Origin: a virus | Lineage: Duplodnaviria > Heunggongvirae > Uroviricota > Caudoviricetes | Virus record (IMG/VR): IMGVR_UViG_2744054675_000007 | Span: 1 to 32,492 of that record | Direction: 5' to 3' (one strand) | DNA: 32,492 bases | In this document: piece by piece, positions 25,913 through 32,492 of the stretch | Layout of the letters: each line of letters opens with the position of its first letter | Numbering within the stretch: the stretch's first letter is position 1 | Notes under the pieces: generated by a model | What the model was told of the DNA's origin: nothing | The model's database searches: none | What the model saw: only the letters and a program-made list of their open reading frames with translations | Made by a program: the position numbers and the translations under genes

Positions 25913-26002
25913 TTAACCCATAACGTGCAATGGCTGTCTTTATGAGGCCTGGCACCCTATTGCCTTCCGATGGGCTGAACATCGAGTAAACAGGGGTAAC
26001 AA

Positions 26003-26896
26003 ATGGATCAGATGGCAGAAAACACACCAGAAGTTGAAATCGAAACCGACGCGTCAGAGCAGATTCCTGATGATGTCGAACTGGCTGAAGAAGTCGAAAC
26101 AGAAGATGGCAGTGAGTCCTCCGGCAATGATGCAGAGGAAGCTACTGAAACTGATGACGACGAATCAGAGCAGGAATTCTACTTTGGTGACGAAAAGCTG
26201 GATTCGCCAACCAGCGAAGATGGCGCAGAGCATGGACTGGTAAAACACCTGCGCAAGACGATTAAAGAGAAAGACCGCGAACTGAAAGAGCTGATGCGTC
26301 AGTCTCAGAAACCCGTCGAGCAGCAGCCGGTAATCACTCAACCACCGCGAATGCCAAAACTGGATGATGAGGACATCGGTTTCGATGAAGAAATCTATCA
26401 GCAACGTATGGCTAAGTGGGCAGAGGAAAACGGCAAATACCAGGAGCAAGTACGAGAGCGGAAACGAGAGGAAGAGGCGCGTACCGCAACTCTTCAGCAG
26501 AAAGCAGCCAATTACATGCAGAGAGTAAAAGCACTGAAAGTGGCTGGCTACCAGGATGCAGAGCAGGCTGTACGCGAAGATGTTCCTGTTCATATTCAGG
26601 ACATGATCCTTCTTGAGTCAGAGAAGCCTGAAATCGTTGTTCTGGCACTCGGTCGCAACGCTGAACTGCGCAAGCAACTGGCAGAAGCTACCAACCCCGT
26701 AGCAATTGGTCGTCTGCTGGAACGTATCGAATCGAAGGCCAGAATCATGCCAAAAGCAAAAACCACGGCAGCCACAACCCCGACAGTTAAGGGGAGCAAC
26801 GGCGCAGTAATCAATAACCTCGACAAACTGAAAGCCAAGGCGCTGGAAACTGGTGACTGGACGCCGTATTTCGCCGCTAAAAAGGCAAAAAAATAA
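26003..26896 (+). CDS. scaffolding protein (P22 gp8-like)
   Basis: 297 aa acidic, helix-rich protein between portal and coat. Confidence 0.8.
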   Translation: MDQMAENTPEVEIETDASEQIPDDVELAEEVETEDGSESSGNDAEEATETDDDESEQEFYFGDEKLDSPTSEDGAEHGLVKHLRKTIKEKDRELKELMRQSQKPVEQQPVITQPPRMPKLDDEDIGFDEEIYQQRMAKWAEENGKYQEQVRERKREEEARTATLQQKAANYMQRVKALKVAGYQDAEQAVREDVPVHIQDMILLESEKPEIVVLALGRNAELRKQLAEATNPVAIGRLLERIESKARIMPKAKTTAATTPTVKGSNGAVINNLDKLKAKALETGDWTPYFAAKKAKK

Positions 26897-26914
26897 CCTA
26901 TCGGAGCATTAAGC

Positions 26915-28168
26915 ATGGCTAACCAATTAGCAAAAGACCTTGAAATCATGTTCGAAAACTACGTTGAAGGCTTTGAGGCCGCCTGCGTAGTTTCCCGTAA
27001 CGCTAAAAAATTCCGTCCCGGTGATACAGCAATGCAGCGAGCAGGTGATGTTCTGTATCGTCCGCAGCATTACCACATGAACATTGAGGAAGGCCTCGAC
27101 CTCAGCAGCAAAACACCAACAGCACTGGTTCAGCGCCTTGTTCCTTCTGTGTTCAAGGAGCCGAAAAACATTCTGTACACTCTGGATGCGCGTGAAATGC
27201 GTGACCCGGAACATAAAACTGAAGCTGGTCGCGCCGCAGGTATGCGCCTTGCTGCACAGATTGACTCTGACCTGATTTCCATGGTCACGCAGCGTGCTAC
27301 TAACGTGATCACAATGGCTGACTCAACCACTGGTTCACAGGGCCGTGATTTGTGGAACTGTGCGGCAGGTATTGATGCCACCATGACGGCGATTGGTGTA
27401 CCACAGGGTATCAACCGCCGCTCTTTCTGGAACCCCTTCAACTATAAAGACCTTGCTGGCGAGCTTGGTCACCGTGCTTATGCTCAGGGCGCAACCCTGA
27501 CAGCATACGAAAAAGCGCAGATCCCTCCGGTTGCGTCCTTCGATAGCTACAAGACCGATATTTCCGGTCGTGTTCCGAAGGGTACAGCAACTTCCATTAC
27601 GCTGGCAGCAGCACCTGCGCACAAGGTTGAAGCGAAAGATGCTAACGATATGCCAGTGGATAACCGACAGGGGACCATTACGGTATCTGCTGAAGGTTTG
27701 CAGGTTGGCGATGCGTTTACCATCGCAGGGGTGAATTCCGTACACCAGATCACCAAAGATACCACCGGGCAGCCGCAGGTATTCCGCGTTCTGGCAGTTA
27801 GCGGAACGACAGTAACTATATCCCCGAAAATTCTGCCGCCTGACAACGCGGATGTCGCCAGCCGTCCATATGCAAACGTTGATGCTAATGCGGCAAGTAG
27901 CGCAGCAATCACCATTCTCAACAAGAACGCAGCACCGGCTAACCTGTTCTGGGCTGATGGTTCTGTTGAACTGATGTACGGCAAACTGGCGTTCCCGACT
28001 GGTCAGGGTCCACAGGTAATGACAGCAACCACCGAGCAGGGCGCTACGCTGATCATGTCTTACGCCTTCGACCACATCAAAGGCGTAACCACTGCGCGTT
28101 TCACCACTCTGTACGGTTGCTCTGTACTTGTTCCTGAATATACAGGCATCGTTATTGCCGGGCAGTAA
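26915..28168 (+). CDS. major capsid (coat) protein, P22 gp5-like
   Basis: 417 aa; position after scaffold; segments such as YANVDAN and NLFWADGS resemble P22 coat. Confidence 0.85.
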   Translation: MANQLAKDLEIMFENYVEGFEAACVVSRNAKKFRPGDTAMQRAGDVLYRPQHYHMNIEEGLDLSSKTPTALVQRLVPSVFKEPKNILYTLDAREMRDPEHKTEAGRAAGMRLAAQIDSDLISMVTQRATNVITMADSTTGSQGRDLWNCAAGIDATMTAIGVPQGINRRSFWNPFNYKDLAGELGHRAYAQGATLTAYEKAQIPPVASFDSYKTDISGRVPKGTATSITLAAAPAHKVEAKDANDMPVDNRQGTITVSAEGLQVGDAFTIAGVNSVHQITKDTTGQPQVFRVLAVSGTTVTISPKILPPDNADVASRPYANVDANAASSAAITILNKNAAPANLFWADGSVELMYGKLAFPTGQGPQVMTATTEQGATLIMSYAFDHIKGVTTARFTTLYGCSVLVPEYTGIVIAGQ

Positions 28169-28175
28169 TTTTGGT

Positions 28176-28198
28176 GGGGCTTCGGCCCCATTTTTATT
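28176..28198 (+). terminator. rho-independent terminator after the coat gene
   Basis: GGGGC-TTCG-GCCCC followed by ATTTTTATT. Confidence 0.5.
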
Positions 28199-28209
28199 GG
28201 GAGAAGACA

Positions 28210-28398
28210 ATGGCACGAACAATGCTCTATAAGCCGGGCAACATGATCACCTGTGGTCAGTTTGCTGTCGATTACATCATTGTTGATGACGAAGAAGTTA
28301 AATCTCACCTGAAAAAAGGCTGGGTAAAAACTCCTGAAGAAACCGCAACGAAGCAAAAAGTGGCTAAGGCGGAAGAAGATGGCGAAAACGAAGGGTGA
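28210..28398 (+). CDS. small hypothetical protein, 62 aa
   Basis: GGAGAAGA RBS before ATG at 28210 (MARTMLYKPGNMITCGQF...); between coat and the gp4-like gene. Confidence 0.45.
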   Translation: MARTMLYKPGNMITCGQFAVDYIIVDDEEVKSHLKKGWVKTPEETATKQKVAKAEEDGENEG

Positions 28399-28840
28399 TC
28401 TCGTTCTTAAGGCTTTACGAAAAGCCGGGCTGTATTCCAATGCCACGTTGACAGATGCCGACCCTCAGGCAATAGAAGATGCCATTAATGACCTCGAAGA
28501 CATGATGGCAGCATGGCAGGCGAAAGGTATCGAGCTTGGATATCAGTTTGCTGATACAGAAAACGGCATCATGCCGTTACCTGACGATGATTCAGGTATC
28601 CCTGCATGGGCAAATGATGGCGTCGCTTTGAAACTCGCTGTGCAAGTGTGCATGGATAACGTCATTCAGCCGTCAGATGCTCTCCTTACCGCTGCTGACA
28701 GCGCATATCAGACAATCTGCATCGCTTTAACCAAAATACCACCACTTGAGCGGCGAAATGACATGCCTCGCGGTAGTGGTAACAAAAGCGCGTTTACGTG
28801 GAATCGGTTTTACATCGAGAAAGATGATCCGAGTACGTGA
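28379..28840 (+). CDS. head completion/portal-associated protein, P22 gp4-like
   Basis: 153 aa ORF at the gp4 position. Confidence 0.7.
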   Translation: MAKTKGDLVLKALRKAGLYSNATLTDADPQAIEDAINDLEDMMAAWQAKGIELGYQFADTENGIMPLPDDDSGIPAWANDGVALKLAVQVCMDNVIQPSDALLTAADSAYQTICIALTKIPPLERRNDMPRGSGNKSAFTWNRFYIEKDDPST

Positions 28841-28849
28841 GGTGAATAA

Positions 28850-30268
28850 ATGCCGATTCAGCAACTTCCGCTTATGAAAGGTGTCGGCAAAGACTTCCGA
28901 AACGCCGACTATATCGACTATCTGCCAGTGAATATGCTGGCTACACCCAAAGAAATACTCAACAGCAGCGGATATCTTCGCTCATTCCCGGGCATTGCCA
29001 AACGCTCTGATGTAAACGGTGTATCGCGCGGAGTCGAGTACAACATGGCGCAGAATGCTGTTTATCGCGTGTGTGGCAGCAAGCTGTATAAGGGCGAAAG
29101 TGAAGTCGGTGATGTTGCCGGAAGTGGTAGAGTATCAATGGCGCATGGTCGAACATCTCAGGCTGTAGGCGTTAATGGTCAACTGGTCGAGTATCGTTAT
29201 GATGGCACGGTTAAAACCGTCTCAAACTGGCCTACAGACAGTGGATTCACTCAGTATGAGTTAGGTTCAGTTCGCGACATTACGCGCTTACGTGGGCGTT
29301 ATGCGTGGTCAAAAGACGGCACTGATTCATGGTTTATCACTGACCTTGAAGACGAATCGCACCCTGACCGCTACAGCGCACAATATCGTGCCGAGTCGCA
29401 GCCTGACGGCATCATCGGCATCGGAACATGGCGAGACTTCATCGTCTGCTTTGGTTCATCGACGATTGAATATTTCTCCCTGACGGGTGCAACAACCGTT
29501 GGTGCCGCGTTGTATGTCGCACAGCCATCGCTGATGGTGCAGAAAGGCATTGCCGGAACCTACTGCAAAACGCCGTTTGCTGATTCCTATGCGTTCATCA
29601 GCAATCCGGCAACAGGTGCGCCGTCTGTGTATATCATCGGCTCAGGTCAGGTATCACCAATCGCCAGCGCGAGCATTGAGAAAATACTACGCTCCTACAC
29701 TGCTGATGAACTGGCTGATGGCGTGATGGAATCGTTGCGGTTTGATGCTCATGAGTTGCTGATTATTCACCTGCCGCGCCATGTTCTTGTTTACGACGCA
29801 TCTTCAAGCGCCAATGGTCCGCAATGGTGTGTGTTGAAAACAGGCCTGTATGACGATGTGTACCGCGCTATCGACTTCATTTACGAAGGCAATCAGATAA
29901 CGTGCGGCGATAAGCTGGAGTCCGTGACCGGGAAATTGCAATTCGACATCAGCAGCCAGTACGACAAGCAACAGGAACACCTGCTGTTTACTCCGTTGTT
30001 CAAAGCGGATAACGCCAGAGTGTTCGACCTTGAGGTTGAATCGTCAACTGGCGTTGCGCAGTACGCCGACCGCCTTTTTCTCTCTGCAACCACTGACGGC
30101 ATCAATTACGGGCGTGAGCAGATGATTGAGCAGAATGAACCGTTCGTTTACGACAAGCGTGTTTTGTGGAAGCGAGTAGGGCGCATCAGGAAAAATGTCG
30201 GCTTCAAATTGCGCGTTATCACGAAGTCATCTGTCACTCTGTCTGGCGCTCAGATAAGGATTGAGTAA
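28850..30268 (+). CDS. head completion protein, P22 gp10-like
   Basis: 472 aa ORF at the gp10 position. Confidence 0.75.
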   Translation: MPIQQLPLMKGVGKDFRNADYIDYLPVNMLATPKEILNSSGYLRSFPGIAKRSDVNGVSRGVEYNMAQNAVYRVCGSKLYKGESEVGDVAGSGRVSMAHGRTSQAVGVNGQLVEYRYDGTVKTVSNWPTDSGFTQYELGSVRDITRLRGRYAWSKDGTDSWFITDLEDESHPDRYSAQYRAESQPDGIIGIGTWRDFIVCFGSSTIEYFSLTGATTVGAALYVAQPSLMVQKGIAGTYCKTPFADSYAFISNPATGAPSVYIIGSGQVSPIASASIEKILRSYTADELADGVMESLRFDAHELLIIHLPRHVLVYDASSSANGPQWCVLKTGLYDDVYRAIDFIYEGNQITCGDKLESVTGKLQFDISSQYDKQQEHLLFTPLFKADNARVFDLEVESSTGVAQYADRLFLSATTDGINYGREQMIEQNEPFVYDKRVLWKRVGRIRKNVGFKLRVITKSSVTLSGAQIRIE

Positions 30269-31116
30269 TGGCTGATTCGAATCTCAATGTGCCGGTAATC
30301 ATCCAAGCTACGCGGCTCGATACATCAGTCCTTCCACGCAATATCTTCTCGCAGTCGTATCTGCTTTACGTTATCGCACAGGGCACTGATGTTGGTAACG
30401 TGGCGAACAAGGCCAACGAGGCCGGACAGGGCGCTTATGACGCACAAGTCAGGAACGATGAGCAGGATGTGATTCTCGCTGACCATGAGCAGCGAATTTC
30501 TGCTGCGGAAGCAACACTTGTTAATCATGAGGAGCGAATCAGCCAGGCAGAATCAACTCTTCAGGAACATGAAACGCGAATCGCTCAGAATGAAAGCGAT
30601 ATTGCGTCGCTTGATACCAGAGTTCAGTCGCTGGAATCGCAGGTTTCAGACCATGAATCGCGCATTGATGCTCTGGAGTATGCCACTACTCGCAAGAAGT
30701 CAGAGGTTGTTTACTCTGGCGTATCTGTAACCATCCCGACAGCGCCGACCGACCTTGTTAGCCTGCTGAAAACGCTCACGCCGTCATCCGGCACGTTGGC
30801 ACCATTCTTCGACACCGTTAACAACAAGATGGTTGTGTTCAACGAGAACAAAACCTTGTTCTTCAAGCTGTCGATCGTCGGGACGTGGCCCAGCGGAACC
30901 GCCAACAGGTCAATGCAGCTAACCTTTTCCGGCTCTGTTCCTGACACGTTGGTCAGCAGTCGTAATGCGGCGACAACAACCGACAACATCCTGTTAGCTA
31001 CGTTCTTCAGCGTGGATAAAGACGGCTTTCTTGCCACAAATGGCAGTACGTTAACCATTCAGTCAAATGGGGCGGCGTTTACTGCCACAACCATCAAGAT
31101 AATCGCGGAGCAGTAA
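30268..31116 (+). CDS. tail needle protein (P22 gp26-like N-terminus and coiled coil, divergent C-terminal domain)
   Basis: N-terminus [43 protein letters not shown] matches gp26; central repeats of the HE.RI type; about 130 aa C-terminal region unlike P22. Confidence 0.8.
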   Translation: MADSNLNVPVIIQATRLDTSVLPRNIFSQSYLLYVIAQGTDVGNVANKANEAGQGAYDAQVRNDEQDVILADHEQRISAAEATLVNHEERISQAESTLQEHETRIAQNESDIASLDTRVQSLESQVSDHESRIDALEYATTRKKSEVVYSGVSVTIPTAPTDLVSLLKTLTPSSGTLAPFFDTVNNKMVVFNENKTLFFKLSIVGTWPSGTANRSMQLTFSGSVPDTLVSSRNAATTTDNILLATFFSVDKDGFLATNGSTLTIQSNGAAFTATTIKIIAEQ

Positions 31117-31571
31117 TGATTCAGTTCAAACCAACGCGAAACATCGACCTGATAGAAGCAGTCGGAAATCACCCTGACATTATTGCCGGGAGCAACAACG
31201 GTGATGGATACGACTATAAACATGATTGCCGTTACTTTGAGGTGAACGTGCACTGGCAGTTCGGCGGCATTGTTTACTATCAGGAGATTCAGCCGCTGAC
31301 ATTCGATTGCCACGCCATGTACCTGCCAGAGGTTCGTGGATTCAGCAAGGAAATCGGGCTGGCGTTCTGGCGATACATTCTGACTAACACCACCGTTCAG
31401 TGCGTCACATCATTTGCTGCACGCAAATTCCGCCACGGTCAGATGTACTGCGCAATGATTGGCCTTAAGCGTGTAGGAACCATCAAGAAATACTTCAAAG
31501 GCGTGGATGACGTGACGTTTTACAGCGCAACACGCGAAGAACTAATCGACTTCCTGAATCACGGGAGATAG
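31116..31571 (+). CDS. virion assembly protein, P22 gp14-like (positional)
   Basis: 151 aa ORF directly after the tail needle, ATGA-coupled. Confidence 0.5.
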   Translation: MIQFKPTRNIDLIEAVGNHPDIIAGSNNGDGYDYKHDCRYFEVNVHWQFGGIVYYQEIQPLTFDCHAMYLPEVRGFSKEIGLAFWRYILTNTTVQCVTSFAARKFRHGQMYCAMIGLKRVGTIKKYFKGVDDVTFYSATREELIDFLNHGR

Positions 31572-31573
31572 CC

Positions 31574-32269
31574 ATGTTATATGCATTTAAGCTGGGCAGA
31601 AAACTGCGCGGCGAGGAACCTTATTGCCCTGAAAAAGGCGGGAAAGGTGGCAGTTCTGATAAAAGTGCAAAGTATGCCGCAGAAGCTCAGAAGTATGCCG
31701 CAGACCTGCAAAATCAGCAGTTCAACACCATCATGAACAACCTGAAACCGTTTACTCCTCTGGCTGAGAAGTATGTCGGCAGCCTCGAGAACTTATCGTC
31801 TCTGGAGGGGCAAGGTCAGGCACTTAACCAGTATTACAACTCTCAGCAGTACAAAGATCTTGCTGGTCAGGCGCGCTATCAGAGTCTGGCTGCAGCGGAA
31901 GCAACAGGTGGATTGGGTTCCACCGCAACCAGTAATCAGTTAGCAACAATCGCACCAACGCTTGGTCAGCAGTGGCTGTCTGGTCAGATGAACAACTACC
32001 AGAATCTGGCAAACGTTGGGTTTGGTGCTCTGCAAGGTCAGGCAAACGCAGGGCAGACATATGCCAACAACATGAGCCAGATTTCACAGCAAAGCGCGGC
32101 ACTGGCGGCGGCAAACGCTAATAGACCTTCCGGCCTTCAATCTGCAATAGGCGGGGCTGCCTCTGGAGCAATTGCTGGAGCACAGCTTGGCAGCATTGTT
32201 CCCGGTATTGGTACTGGTATTGGTGCCGCTGTTGGCGGCGGTCTTGGTCTTCTTGGTTCACTGTTTTAA
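31574..32269 (+). CDS. ejection protein, P22 gp7-like
   Basis: 231 aa; Gln/Ala/Gly-rich with Gly-rich hydrophobic C-terminus. Confidence 0.65.
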   Translation: MLYAFKLGRKLRGEEPYCPEKGGKGGSSDKSAKYAAEAQKYAADLQNQQFNTIMNNLKPFTPLAEKYVGSLENLSSLEGQGQALNQYYNSQQYKDLAGQARYQSLAAAEATGGLGSTATSNQLATIAPTLGQQWLSGQMNNYQNLANVGFGALQGQANAGQTYANNMSQISQQSAALAAANANRPSGLQSAIGGAASGAIAGAQLGSIVPGIGTGIGAAVGGGLGLLGSLF

Positions 32270-32279
32270 GGGTTAATCA

Positions 32280-32492
32280 ATGGCTACGTGGCAACAGGGT
32301 ATTAATTCTGGTGGTTTTCTGGCTGGCATCGGTACGCAAAATGAGAATGCGCCAAAGGCAAGCGACATTAACGCAACGCTTGGTCTGATCCGCGAAAACA
32401 ATGAACTGGCTCGCTCAGGTGCAAATAACGTTGGTCTGACCGCGTTACGTGGTCTGGCTGGAGTTGCTGATATTTACAATCAGGAACAGCAA
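32280..32492 (+). CDS. ejection protein, P22 gp20-like, 5' partial (runs off the window end)
   Basis: ATG at 32280 ([18 protein letters not shown]...), open to the window edge; position after the gp7-like gene. Confidence 0.55.
   Translation, partial: MATWQQGINSGGFLAGIGTQNENAPKASDINATLGLIRENNELARSGANNVGLTALRGLAGVADIYNQEQQ

Larger units (their letters stand above)
1445..32492. mobile_element. P22-like lambdoid prophage integrated at thrW; left end (attL) near 1445, right end beyond the window
   Basis: Integrase abuts the tRNA 3' end; continuous phage gene order from int/xis through immunity, replication, nin, Q, lysis, terminase, portal, coat, tail needle and ejection proteins. Confidence 0.85.

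Noticed and set aside
22675-29156. Antisense and alternative-frame ORFs inside terminase, portal, scaffold, coat and gp10-like genes (for example 23206..23670, 25358..25900, 26165..26593, 27335..28222)
   Set aside because: Embedded within long, well-supported structural genes; typical shadow ORFs.

Overview
The window starts in host chromosome of an Escherichia/Shigella-type genome (complete proA at 1..1254, tRNA-Thr thrW-type at 1369..1444) and then runs about 31 kb into a P22-like lambdoid prophage integrated at that tRNA; the far prophage end lies outside the window. Gene order, all read from the sequence: int/xis, a leftward early operon of small accessory genes including a Lar-like anti-restriction gene, Gp157 plus RecT, a lambda-like N with nutL, a P22-type c2/cro immunity region with mirrored nut sites, lambda-like cII, O-like initiator with ori iterons, DnaB-like helicase, a tR2-like terminator, nin region (ninB/E/F, Roi-like, DUF1364, rusA, ninH), Q, two tRNA-like genes, pinholin/SAR-endolysin/Rz/Rz1, a roughly 2.3 kb island of small cargo genes, then terminase, portal, scaffold, coat, gp4/gp10-like, tail needle and ejection proteins. 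The best candidates for something new are the cargo island between Rz and terS (19.4-21.8 kb), which holds a candidate DUF2829/Tad2-like anti-Thoeris sponge, an AT-rich gene, a tandem small-gene pair and a reverse-strand pair; the translationally coupled unknown genes around lar; and the small membrane protein at the ren position. No search tools were available: every family assignment rests on recalled motifs and recalled reference sequences and needs BLAST/HMM confirmation. Starts were refined by eye from RBS and ATGA/GTGA overlaps.
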